Below, one piece after another: positions 20,450 to 31,499 of a DNA stretch of 32,000 nucleotides. This stretch comes from Candidatus Saccharimonadota bacterium (GTDB lineage: Bacteria; Patescibacteriota; Gracilibacteria; BD1-5; UBA2023). The notes below the pieces were generated by a model. The model was not told where the DNA came from. It saw only the letters and a list, made by a program, of their open reading frames with translations, and did no database searches. Numbering within the stretch: position 1 is the stretch's first letter; every line of letters begins with the position of its first letter. Both the position numbers and the translations under genes were made by a program. The stretch covers positions 240,001-272,000 of the forward strand of contig BAAFHK010000002.1 in NCBI GenBank assembly GCA_042852035.1, written 5' to 3'.

Positions 20450-20911
20450 ATGCCAACGAATCTTAAAAATTACAAAGAAGAGAAGCGAACGACTCTTCTT
20501 CGTGCTCATTCTTTTGCAAAGTCAACAAGAGCTATTGTAATACTCTTTCTTTCTGATAAGGGACTCAATGACTTTATTCGGGAGGCGGGAAAAGCTATTG
20601 ATGTTGAATTTATTGATGATAGCAAGGAAAACCGAGAAGGAACGGATGCCTTTATTACTGACGATTGGTCTCTTGTTCCTATAGAAGATCTTACAGCTTC
20701 TTTGATTGTTCCTATATGACCTAAAGAAGGATCAAACGAAAAAGGCTTGAATGAATTTAATCCCATGAAATTTGAAGGAAATGCGTTTCTTTTTGAAAAA
20801 AATGATAAATATCAGATATTTGCCGCGCTTGTAAGGTACCTCGAAAACATAAAATATCCTGGTGATAAAAGAACACTTCTGAAGAATCTCCACTCAGAAA
20901 AGAGCAATTAG
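20450..20911 (+). CDS. Hypothetical protein resembling only the C-terminal part of glycogen/starch-synthase-type GT-B enzymes (153 aa; start uncertain, 20375 also possible)
   Basis: LIVPIGPKEGSNEKGLNEFNPMKFEGNAFLFEKNDKYQIFAALVRYLE resembles the GlgA C-terminal block (PxVxxTGGLxDTV...GxGFxFxxYxxxxLxxAL). No N-terminal GT-B domain is encoded. TAG at 20909-20911 lies inside the terminator loop. Confidence 0.4.
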
Positions 20912-20927
20912 ATATTGCTCTTTTTTT
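20901..20927 (+). terminator. Rho-independent terminator
   Basis: AGAGCAAT (20901-20908) pairs with ATTGCTCT (20914-20921) around a 5-nt loop, followed by a T-run to 20927. Confidence 0.7.
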
Positions 20928-20972
20928 GTTCTAAAATTGAGAAATTCAGAGCTCCTCTTTAATTCTGGGTAT

Positions 20973-21467
20973 CTATTTCACAATCTCCACTCCTCCCACC
21001 ACCTTATCTGTAAATAACACCCCATCGAGGTGATCAATTTCGTGTTGCACGATTCGTGCCGCAAGATCTTCGAGTTTAAGGGAATATTTTTTTCCTTCTA
21101 TATCAAGGAAATTAACTCGTACCCAGGTCCATCTCTCAACAGAACCTGTCTCTCATGGTACAGAAAGACAGCCTTCTTTATCGCTACATTTTTTTCCACT
21201 ATTTTCGATAATTTCTGGATTTATCATCGGGATAGTTCGATAGTTTTCATCATCGTAGTCTTTCATAAGAGAAACGACTATAAGGCGTTTATTATATCAA
21301 ACTTGAGGAGCGGCGAGTCAAACCCCTCAATTCTCCGGATCTTTAATATGTTTTACCATCTCAAGGGCAAGACTTTTATACTTTCTTATTTCTTGAGATT
21401 TTATAGGTTCAGATAGAGTTCTTAGAATACTATTTGATTGCCCAGTTTGGATTTTTAATTTTTGCAT
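20973..21467 (-). CDS. def: Peptide deformylase (164 aa)
   Basis: All three Def motifs are present: ENGGVGLAAPQVGY (TGA at 21327-21329, 21318-21320 and 21297-21299 on glycines), EGCLSVPG and QHEIDHLDG. Confidence 0.9.
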
Positions 21468-21557
21468 ATATTCTAATGTTTGTACAGGAAAGTCTATTTT
21501 TCCGATTGAATAATAGGGACTTTCTCATAAAATTCAAGACAAATAAATGAAGTTGAT

Positions 21558-22874
21558 ATGCTTGAAAAATTTAAAAAACTCATTCCTCTTGATTCCCCAA
21601 TCCGACTCACTTGGCATTATCTTATGGGATGGCTTGCTTATCTTTCCTCTGGAAATCCAGCAAAGGATATGATAGTAATAGGAGTAACTGGTACAAAAGG
21701 GAAGACTACAACCTGTAATCTTATTGCAAAAGGATTGAGTGCGAATGGAAAAAAAATCGCCATGTTTACTACGGTAAATATGATTATTGGCGATATTGAA
21801 GAGGAAAATACTCTCAAAATGACCACTCCATCACCCTGGCAAGTTTGGGAATTTATACGACGAGCAAAATTAGCTGGTTGTGAATTCCTTATTATGGAAA
21901 CATCTTCACATGCGCTTTTTTATCACAGAGTCCATGGGCTTAGATATGATGTAGCAGTCATGACGAATATATCTCAGGATCACCTTGATCTTCATCGAAC
22001 AATGGAGAATTATGTTAATACAAAACTTCTTCTCTTTAAGAATCTCTACAAATATTGAATCCGCAGAGATGTAAGAAAGGTTTGAGTCGTAAATATCGAT
22101 ACTGAATATAGCGAAAAGTTCCTTTCGAAAGATATCGTTGTTGATGCGATGCATACTTATGGTATATGACCAAGAGCAAGCATTCGTGCAGAAAATATTG
22201 AGGCAAAAGAAATGGGTATCTCTTTCGATGTGCGTATGGCTTCAAGTAAGTTTCATATAGATTCCAAGCTTCAAGGGGAGTTTAATGTTATGAATATTCT
22301 TGCTGCCACAGCTGTGCTTATTTCTCAAAAAGTACCCCTAGAAATTATAACCAAAACAATATCACTTGTTGGATGAGTGCCAGGAAGACTTGAGGAGATT
22401 CCTAATTTAAGATGATGAAAAATATTTGTTGATTATGCTCATACCGAAGAATCCCTCAGGAGTGTTCTTGATACTATAAAAAAGATTGAATGAACAAAGC
22501 GTACTATTCTTCTTTTTTGAGCCACAGGTGATAGAGATAAAACAAAACGCCCGAAAATGGGGCGAGTTGCTGACACTATGGCTGATGTAATTATACTCAC
22601 GGACGATGATACATATACTGAGGATTCACTTGCAATTATTAGGCAAGTAACCGAAGGGATTTCGAGAAGAGAAGGTGAGAATTTCTGGATTGTTCCAGAT
22701 CGTGAAGATGCTATCCGTACAGCGCTTCTTATGCTTCACCCTTGAGATGTTCTCCTTGCCGCAGGGAAGGGCGCAGAAACTGTTCTTGTGACTCAAGCTG
22801 GCCCGATACCCTGGAATGATAGGAAGGTTATTGAGCGAATCCTTATGGAGATCGAGAGTCAGGTGATAGCTTAA
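21558..22874 (+). CDS. murE: Mur ligase, MurE-like, with a shortened N-terminus (438 aa)
   Basis: The P-loop VIGVTGTKGKTTT appears already at about residue 43. Other blocks: ETSSHAL, VMTNISQDHLDLH, GEFNVMNILAA, VPGRLEEI, VDYAHTEESL, FGATGDRDKTKRPKMG and AGKGAE. TAA at 22872-22874. Confidence 0.7.
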
Positions 22875-23110
22875 TTTTTCTTTTTGAAATAATATCCTCA
22901 GTTCTTGCCTGAAAGTCGAGGCGATGGGCTCATATGAGCCTATTTGTGTTTGCAATGAGTCGAATCGCTCATGTCGATGCGTTAGCATTTAGAAGATGTA
23001 GTATGTCATCCATGACATCTCAATTTTCGAGCATTTCCAAAACAGCATTGATCCCAGAGGATCGAGTAGTAGTAAAACAATGTTTTTCCATAAAAAAATA
23101 AGTAAAAAAT

Positions 23111-23138
23111 AAAAACTCCCTCTGAAGAAGGAGTTTTT
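23111..23138. terminator. Bidirectional terminator-like hairpin in the murE/aroK convergent gap
   Basis: AAAAACTCC (23111-23119) pairs with GGAGTTTTT (23130-23138). A second bulged hairpin lies at 23167-23186. Confidence 0.55.
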
Positions 23139-23260
23139 AAGTTCTCTCAATAAGACGCTAAAAACCCATCCTTCAGAGAAGGAATGAGTAATAATACAAT
23201 GAAGATAGAATCGATAAAAACATTTTAGAATAGGTAAAAGTTCTGGGATAAAGAGAAAAA

Positions 23261-23761
23261 CTAGAGTAAGAATCAGAGAATATCGCTTGCGATTTCTTGA
23301 GGGGTTCTTCCTTCTATAGGAAATCTGGGATTAAAACTTTGGTAGTGCATTCCTCGAGTGTGCATAAGGTTTCTGAAATCATTGGCATTTTGTGCAAGGG
23401 GTCGAACATTTATTGTATCTGCCATTATTCTCTCAAGGAGGAGTCAAATCGGTCATGAAAGAGAAATAATACGACCTTTTGATCTATAAATTCTCCTTAC
23501 ATTTTCTTCGTCGAGTAATGAGCCGCCTCAAAGAGAGATGACCCGGCTCCTAGAGTTTTGAATGACGGATAATAGGGTTTGTGATTCTAATACACGAAAT
23601 ACAGAGATTCAATAATGCTTTATAAAGTCTGGTATGCGTACTTCGTAGAGTCGTTCAAACTCGGTATCGAGGTCGACGTGATGTGTCGAAAGTTTTCGAG
23701 CGAGTTCTTTTCCGACAGTACTTTTTCCAGATCAAGGAGGTCAATAGAGAAAGAGGTTCAT
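23261..23761 (-). CDS. aroK: Shikimate kinase (166 aa)
   Basis: MNLFLYGPPGSGKSTVGKELA has TGA at 23741-23743 and 23732-23734 on the two Walker-A glycines. DLD and ISLGGGSLL are also present. TAG at 23261-23263. Confidence 0.8.
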
Positions 23762-23765
23762 AAAA

Positions 23766-24869
23766 TTACATCTTAGTTCTTCTTTTTTCAACAGATTTAC
23801 TTAAAGTCTTAAGCATTTTCAAGGTTTCTTCCCATCAAACACATGCATCCGTGATGCTTTGACCATAAATCAATCACTGTGGATCATCTTTACCTGGGGT
23901 AAATTTTTGAGCTCATGCTTCGAGATTACTCTCAATCATTACTCATCAGATATGTCTCGATCATGATCAAATCTGTTCGCTAATATTATCAACAACTTTT
24001 AACTGATTTTCATGATTTTTCTGACTGTTTCAGTGACTTGCATCAATCATTATTCTACTTCAATATAATCAAGCTGCCATTAGTTGTTCAGCGGCAGAAA
24101 GAACATGTTGAGCTGAGTAGTTTGGATTTTTTCATCCCCTAAGAATAAGGTGGCAGTCTAGATTTCACGTTGTTTGCACCATGGCAACTTTTCCACTTTT
24201 ATGAACAGAGAGAAAATGATGTCATTTTGATGCAGCCAAGATGGCATCAAGTGCAATCTTTATATTGCCATCTGTTCAATTTTTGAAGCCAACAGGTGAG
24301 GAAAGTCATGAAGTTAATTCTCGATGGACTTGACTTTCCGTTGTTCTTGCTCATATGGCTCACCAGGCGATAAGGTCAGCTATATATTGAGGACTAATTA
24401 CATCAAGATACTCTGAACCTGCAGGAACTCATAGTCTGTTAATTTCTAGAAGAAGCTGTCGTGCAATCCTTAATCATTCATCAATTTTATATGTTTCATC
24501 TAGGTATGGGTCATTAATAAGTCATTTCCATCCAACAGTAGTTCGTGGTTTTTCAAAGTATACACGCATTATTATTTCAAGAGTATCTTTATATCTTTTT
24601 CTTTCTTCAGCAAGATTTCGAGCATATTCGATTGCTCATGCAGGGTCATGTACTGAACATGGTCAAACTACAACTATAAGTCTATCGTCTTTTCCATGAA
24701 TAATTCTTGATGCTGCAGATCTTGTATCGGAAACTTGGGTTTCAATAGAAGTGCCTGCTATAGGGAAAAACCGAATTAAGTCTTCTGGCGGGGGAAGTGG
24801 TTCAATATTTTGAATTCTTTTATCATCAACAGTTGATGTGATATCAGAGGGGGTAGTATTCAATGCCAT
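23766..24869 (-). CDS. aroG: Class I 3-deoxy-7-phosphoheptulonate (DAHP) synthase (367 aa)
   Basis: Blocks present: [76 protein letters not shown] and IMIDASHGNS. Ends 4 nt before the aroK start. Confidence 0.9.
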
Positions 24870-25019
24870 ATAAAAATATTATATAAATAAAATCTCCTCC
24901 AGTTAGACTGAAGGAGAGGTTTTTATCTTCGAAAGTATTTCGACTACACAAATCTTCCCTTCAGTCAGTTCTGAAAGTAAAAAAAGAAGAAATATGTAGA
25001 AGAAAAGGTTCGCATAGAG
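24870..25019 (-). promoter_or_regulatory. aroG 5' region with three hairpins and a possible alternative pairing
   Basis: On the - strand, 5' to 3': CUUUCAG/CUGAAGG (24977-24958), UCGAAA/UUUCGA (24943-24929), and CUCUCC.../GGAGGAG (24919-24894) followed by AUUUUAUUU, 25 nt before the ATG. CUGAAGG of the first hairpin is complementary to CCUUCAG inside the last one. Confidence 0.35.
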
Positions 25020-26198
25020 TTATTTTTGGGTACTTTTGGAGGATATTGACTTTTTTGTATTTGTCAAATCTTTTCTTCCACTTCTTACTCAAACAGGGTG
25101 AGTATTTCTTTTTCGATATTCATCGAATGTAATACTAATGACTCAAGCTATAGGTATAGCAAGGATAATTCCTAGCACACCACCAAGGGTAGCACCAAGA
25201 AGCATCACAATAAATACAAAGAAAGGCGATAGATCAAGGGCTCGACTCATAACATATGGTACAAGAAAATCATTTTCGACTCTTTGAATAAGAAGATAGA
25301 GTATAGTAATGATTAATGCAGCCTTCCAAGAAATTCATAACGCAAGAATCACAGCGGGTATGAGCGCTATAAGAGGTCCAACATAAGGTATAAATTCCAT
25401 AATACCACTAATGAGCGCAAGAGTAAAAGTCTTTCCAAGAGAAATATCAAAGAGAAAATCAACTAATGAAAGTCAAAAATAGGTTACTATGAATATACTA
25501 ATAGAAAGAATAAGCATTGCTCTCATCCATGCAGTGAAGACTTGTTGAGTTTTTGCAAAGTGTGTGTTGAGAAAATTCTTTTTTTCAAGAGAAACAGAGT
25601 CAATAATATATTTTCCTATCGATTTTCTTTCGAGAATCATCAGAAATGTTGAGATGGCGATAAGAAGCCAATTTGTTATAGCTCAACCAACCTGTGACAT
25701 AATTGAAATTCAGCCCGATGTAATTGATGATATTTGGCTCGTAAGGAAAGATTGTATGTTTCATGCATTTTGTTTGATGATATCAAATGTATGATCAATA
25801 TTTTTTTCCCCAAAGAGAAATAGAATTGCTCTCTCTATATATGGATTCAAATGAAATCACTCTATTCCTTGAGTAAGATATATTTCTTTGGCATTATTCG
25901 TCCAGCTTGTAACTGTTCCGATGCTATCAGATATATAGTTGCTTATTATAGGTATAAGTGTTCCAACCACGATAAGAAGCAAAAGTATTATTGCGATAAA
26001 AACACCAATAACTGTAACCCAAGCCGGTATCTTATATTTTTCCCCTAAAGTAACTAAGGGGGATATTATAATCGTGAGAAAACCAGAAATAAGTAGTATA
26101 AAAAAAATCTCCCTTGAGATATAAATACCATAACAAAGCAGCCCAATAAGAATAGTGACAATAAGCTTTTTTATCCAAATAAGAATCTCTTTTTCCAT
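25020..26198 (-). CDS. AI-2E family (PerM/UPF0118) transporter (392 aa)
   Basis: A polytopic membrane protein. The family block is LALISGIMEFIPYVGPLIALIPAVILAL. The apparent TGA end after HPV is read through as Gly, giving a basic tail that ends at TAA 25020-25022. Confidence 0.75.
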
Positions 26199-26223
26199 AG
26201 CGACAAGTATTAAGTAGAATCAT

Positions 26224-26258
26224 TATAAAAAATTCTCTCGTATTGCAACTAGAGAATT
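26224..26258 (-). terminator. Rho-independent terminator of the upstream - strand gene
   Basis: AATTCTCT (26231-26238) pairs with AGAGAATT (26251-26258). On the - strand this is followed by UUUUUAU (26224-26230). Confidence 0.6.
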
Positions 26259-26811
26259 ATTTTTCGATTTCATCGATTTTCTTATCGAGTAAATATATAA
26301 GGTGACGTAGGAATTCTTGAAGAATCTCTTTTTTCGATGAACTTCACTCAGTTTCTTCAGTTTTTTCAAGTCGAATCTTGAGAGATTCTTGTATTTTTTG
26401 ATAGGCAACCTTTCTTTCGTTTAAGTCAGGTATGGTTTTTGTAAGCTTTATACTGAGATCTTTGATAATTTTATTTCATTGAGCCTTGTAAGATTCGATT
26501 ATGTAGGCATTGATATCACGTTTGAGTTTAATTTCAGTTTTTTTCTTTTCAATCTCATTGTATTCTTGGGAGCTTGATCAAGTTAAGGTTTCCTCATCAA
26601 GACTATTCTGAGATTCTAAATCTTGATTGCTATTCTCATTTTTCTGATTTTTTATCTTTTCCTTTAAGTCCTTTTTTTCATTCGTGAGTTTTGTTCCTGT
26701 TGATGAAGTCTGCACTGTTTTGGTGCCATCTTCATTTTTAGCAAAAACACTTCACCAAGAAGCCGTGAAGAAGATTAGGGCACAGAAGAGGTATCAGATA
26801 TACTGTTTCAT
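26257..26811 (-). CDS. Secreted K/E-rich, probably helical hypothetical protein (184 aa)
   Basis: A signal-like N-terminus MKQYIGYLFCALIFFTASWGSVFA is followed by charged low-complexity sequence. I recognise no family. TAA at 26257-26259. Confidence 0.5.
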
Positions 26812-26879
26812 TACCCAGAAGGATATAGCAAATATATTTAAATGCAAATACCGAATGTAAATTTTTCGTGAAGCCCGTA

Positions 26880-27740
26880 TTAGTTAATGTCATTTTTCAA
26901 AATTTGAATTTCTCAATCTATCTTTTTGCAGAGTGAAAAATAGGGAATTGACATATTCCTTATGAAAAATATTTCATCTTCTTTTATGGAAGAGGGTAAA
27001 AGTTCTTTGGTTATTTTCTTTCAATGAATGATTTCATTCATTGTGGCAATAGATCATTCATAAGTATGAATAGTATGAAAAATACTATTTAATGAAATTG
27101 GAGATGGATTTTCAATATTTGAGCACTCAGATATTTGACAATGAAAGTTTTCGCCATCAATCGAGATTCGTCTGAGTTGAGTAAGGTATCATCACTCAAC
27201 CCCAAAGAATTCTCAGAGAAGAGGTCAGAATGATCGTATATAACAACCAGATGAGACCTTCAATCGTATCTTTATTTCAAGATTTCACTTTTCTATAATA
27301 TCAGCTTCAAATACTTTAATTGGCCTTTTTTCAATATGAAAATCCTTTCACTTTCGAGCTATTTCATAGGAACGTTTCCCATTTATGTGAATTGCACTAT
27401 ATTTTGGTGGAGTCTGATCTTTTTGTCACAAGAGAAAGTCAATAATTTCGGATTCAGATTTCCACTTAAAGCCGGTTACATCAATAGGTGTTATAGGCAT
27501 CTCAGTATCATAAGATTCTGATGTTCCATCAAAACGTATGGTCGTAATATATTCTTTCTTTGATGATTCAAGAAGAGGAATGAGTTTTGTACTTTTCTCT
27601 GTAGCAATGAGCAAACATCATGTAGCAAGAGGATCAAGAGTTCCTGTGTGTCACATTTTTTTTACATTGAGTTTTTTTCTTAGCTGTCGAATCACTCAGA
27701 AACTTGAAACACCGCTTGGTTTATCGATGAGGTAAAACAT
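26880..27740 (-). CDS. truB: tRNA pseudouridine(55) synthase (286 aa)
   Basis: Blocks present: IDKPSGVSSFGVIRQLRK, GHTGTLDPLATGCLLIA (catalytic Asp context) and QTPPKYSAIHINGKRSYEIARKG. TAA at 26880-26882. Confidence 0.85.
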
Positions 27741-27748
27741 AGAAAAAG

Positions 27749-28567
27749 TTACTCAGAAAGCTCAGGATAGCTTGCATTTCTTGGATGACTGAGAAACCGA
27801 GGAGGGTAAGTCCAACGCCATTTCTTGCTATCAATAAGTCCGTCAACACCAAAAATATTGTAGTATCATAAATTAAGTAGTACTTTTCATACTATATCTT
27901 TTCTTTTTATGAAGTGACTTTTTGAATCATCATTGAGGCAAATTTTAAAACACGATCGAGAATCAGCAGAATTATTTCTGTTATCACCCATAACCCAATA
28001 ATATCATTCTGGAATAGTAAATTCATTTGTTTTTACGTTTTCAGGGAGCCGAGTCTGTCAAGCGTTTGCACTTGAGAGATATTTTTCAGAAATTTTAATA
28101 AACTTTTCACTGTTTGGAGTCTTAATAAGTACTTCACCATCCTCAAATCGAATAGTATCACCAGGCGCTGCAATAACACGTTTAATGTAATATTCTTTCT
28201 TTCTATCGACATGAGGAGTAATGACGACTACATCACCACGCACAGGATCTCCAACATGTATCGGGAGAATTGATAAAAAGTTATATAGTAATTTCTCGAC
28301 AGTTCCTGCGCTCGTTGATGGCTCTTTATAGACAACAGGGGTATTAAGATATGAGAATTTATCAACTATGATATATTCTTTATCATGATAACTTGTTTCC
28401 ATCGAGCTTCCATTAATTCTGAAAGGCGTTACGACAAATACGCGAATAGTAATTACGATAAGAAATATAATGACTAGATCACGCAAAAATGCTATAAATT
28501 CTTGGAGCGTCTTATTTGAATCTTCTAAGCTTTCGGTCTCAAAGTGAGATTCTTGTTTATCTCTCAT
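27749..28567 (-). CDS. lepB: Signal peptidase I (272 aa)
   Basis: A transmembrane helix is followed by INGSSMETS (catalytic Ser), YIKRVIAAPGDTI (catalytic Lys) and YWVMGDNRNNSADSR. TAA at 27749-27751. Confidence 0.85.
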
Positions 28568-28599
28568 ACGTAAATTTTATGAATAAAAGAAGGTTTATA

Positions 28600-31359
28600 T
28601 TATTTACCGTGACACTGTTTAAACTTTTTTCAACTTCAACAAGGGCAGGGATCGTTTCTTCAAACTCAAGCGTATTTTGCTTTTTCAGAATCATTTTCTC
28701 ATGTAACTTTCATTATACGTATATCAGGATCTGCTTCAGTGAGCGGTTCTGGCGTATACTCTGAATGTCACATGTGTCCGGCTCTTGCTGTCATTGATTG
28801 ATCAAATCCCTCTTGAGCACTGTCAGTATATTTCTCGAGAAGTGATGCCTCAAGGTTTACTTCATCGATTGATTCACGAGGCCTTGCTGTGAGAAGTCAT
28901 TTTATGACACGAACTCCAATTGTATCAATAAGAATTACAAATTTTTCATAGGCCTTTTCTTTATATATAATGAGAGGATTTTTCTGTGCATATCACTCAA
29001 AGGCAACTTCTTCCCTGAGGTGGGCCATACTGTCGATATGATTCATCCAGAGCTCATCGATAGAGGCAAGCGTAAGTCTTCTTTCAAATTCTGCAAATTC
29101 TTCTTCTGTTCCAGTGTTTCGAAGTGATTCAATTTTTCCAGAGAGAAGAGAAAATACTCGACTCTTCGCTTCATCGAAGCTTCAAGCCTGAGCAAGATCG
29201 TCAGCATGAATTACTTCAGCTTCAGCAAATTCATTCACAAACTCCATAATTTGGACTCAGATTTCAGAAGAGTATTCCTTTTCTTCTCCTTGAGCCATAT
29301 CTATAATTCTAGAAATTTCCCTTTGAAGCATCTCAAGAATTTCACTGTGAATGTCGTTTCATGCAAGAATTCTTCCTCTTCGTGAGTAGATGGCAAGTCG
29401 ATGATGATTGAGTACATCATCGTACTCAAGAATATGTTTTCTTATATCAAAATTTCTTCATTCAACTTGTTTTTGAATCGTGGTAATATTCCTCATGAGC
29501 TGCTTACTCTCAATAAGTGGATCACTCTCAGGATGGGATTCAAGATTCGCTAGGATAGCAAAAAGTCGATTTCATCCAAATATTCGCATGATATCATCTT
29601 GAGGAGATAGCATGAATTGGGAGAGTCCTGGATCGCCCTGTCGTCATGATCGCCCTCTGAGCTGGTTATCGATACGTCGTGTTTCGTGTTTTTCTGTTCC
29701 AATGACATAAAGTCAACCAAGTGGGTACTCTTGCATTCCTGCAGCTCATTCGAGCTTAACTGATCCTGTAAGGGTACGGACACGTTCATCGATTTTGATA
29801 TCTGTACCTCGTCATGCCATATTAGTTGCTATAGTCACTGCTCAATATTGACCAGCAGAAGCTATTATATCAGCTTCACGTGCATCTTGTTTTGCATTGA
29901 GTACTTGATGTGGAACTCATTCTTTCTCAAGAAGGTTAGAGAGATACTCACTTTTTGCTACCGAAACTGTTCCTACAAGTATAGGCTGACCTTTTTCGTG
30001 AAGGGCTTTAATTACTCGTACAAGATAGGCATACTTTCCTTTCTCTGTTCGAAAGAGGAGATCTCAACGATCGCTTCGTTTAATCGGTTTATTGGTTGGA
30101 ATTTGTATCACCTCAAGATGATATATCTTGTAAAACTCTTCTTCTTCAGTTTTTGCAGTACCAGTCATACCTGCAAGTTTTGGATACAGTCTGAAATAAT
30201 TCTGAAATGTTACGGAAGCAAGTGTGCGAGACTCTTGTTGTATGGTCACCGATTCTTTTGCTTCAATTGCTTGATGAAGTCCATCAGAGTATCGTCTTCC
30301 TGGAAGGACTCGACCTGTATGCTCGTCAATAATAAGAATCTCATCATTTCGAACGAGATAATCGATATCCTTTTTATAGACACTAGCTGCCTTCAGAGCA
30401 TTCTCTACATGATGAAGATCATTATAATGTTGGCTTACGTAGATATTATCAACTCACAGAAACTCCTCAATCTTTCGTATGCCTTCTTCGGTAAGTGTTG
30501 CAGTTTTTTGTTTCTCATCAATTTTATAGTGAATTCCCTCATCGAGTGAGCGTGCAAGAGCTGCAAATCGTGGATACTTACTCGTAGGTTCAGCATCAGG
30601 AGCGGAGATAATGAGCGGAGTTCTTGCTTCATCAATGAGTATGGAGTCAACTTCATCAACGATTGCAAACCAACGCTTTCTCATAACCTGCCTATCATCT
30701 CGAACAGCCATATTGTCACGAAGGTAGTCGAATCAAAGCTCATTATTGGTTGCATATACTATATCTGCACTATATGCAGCTTTTTTTTGCTCAAATGATT
30801 GTCAATGGGTGATGACATCAACCTTGAGACCAAGAGTATTGTAAATTATTCACATCTCAAGAGCATCACGTCGAGCAAGGTAGTCATTAACCGTAACAAT
30901 GTGTACTCAATATCCAGTAAGAGCATTTAGGTATGCAGGGAGGGTAGCAACAAGCGTCTTTCCTTCTCATGTTCGCATTTCGGCAATATTACCATCATGA
31001 AGCGTTAAGGCTCAGATAATCTGAACATCATAAGGTATCATATTCCATGTTATGGATTTTTCTCATCAGATACTGAATTCTTGTCCATAAATCAATTCAC
31101 AAGCTCTTCTATGGAGAGCAAATGCTTCATGCTTTATTGATTCGAGTATTTCACGGATTTTAATTTTATCCTCATCTTTTTCTATATCGAGTCATTGAAA
31201 TCGAGATTGAAATTCATGAGTTTTTGCCTGAACTTGATCTATAGAGCTGATTTCTTCACGAAACTTTGTTTCAATAGATTTAATAATTTCAAGTTCTTTC
31301 TGATATTGTTTGAGTTTTTTTGTACTTGGGTCACCAAAGAGGAGAGATAAAAGCCACAT
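28600..31359 (-). CDS. secA: Preprotein translocase ATPase SecA (919 aa)
   Basis: Blocks present: [44 protein letters not shown] and [15 protein letters not shown]. The C-terminal zinc finger is [17 protein letters not shown], with TGA at 28636-28638 and 28630-28632 on its two glycines. TAA at 28600-28602. Confidence 0.95.
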
Positions 31360-31472
31360 GTTCTAGAAGGAGTAAATAAAAAATCCCGCAAATTATACGA
31401 AAAAAGTCTCTCTTATCAAATCTCGTGTGGTGAAATGAAAGTGAAGGAGTTGACTATTTTTATATTAATTCA

Positions 31473-31497
31473 TTAAAAATCCCCTTTCGGGGGGATT
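31473..31497 (-). terminator. Rho-independent terminator after tig
   Basis: On the - strand, AAUCCCC and GGGGAUU form a hairpin followed by UUUUUAAUG. Confidence 0.65.
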
Positions 31498-31499
31498 AA

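Noticed and set aside
22990-23020. A dif/XerCD site around TAGAAGATGTAGTATGTCATCC
   Set aside because: Only about half of the XerD-arm positions match the consensus, and the left arm matches poorly. This is not enough to call a site.
22843-23091. An 82-aa - strand ORF under code 25 (MEKHCFTTTRSSGINAVLEMLENG...), plus + strand mini-ORFs of 22 aa (about 22924-22992) and 32 aa (23003-23101) in the long gap
   Set aside because: None shows family resemblance. The 82-aa ORF would overlap the murE 3' end by 32 nt, and another - strand frame is equally open. I kept the region as unexplained rather than calling a CDS.
29848-30549. The longest tracked ORF (233 aa, + strand)
   Set aside because: It lies antisense to secA, whose frame is validated by multiple motifs. 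The product is Cys/Phe/Ser-rich and low in complexity, with no family resemblance, so it is a shadow ORF.
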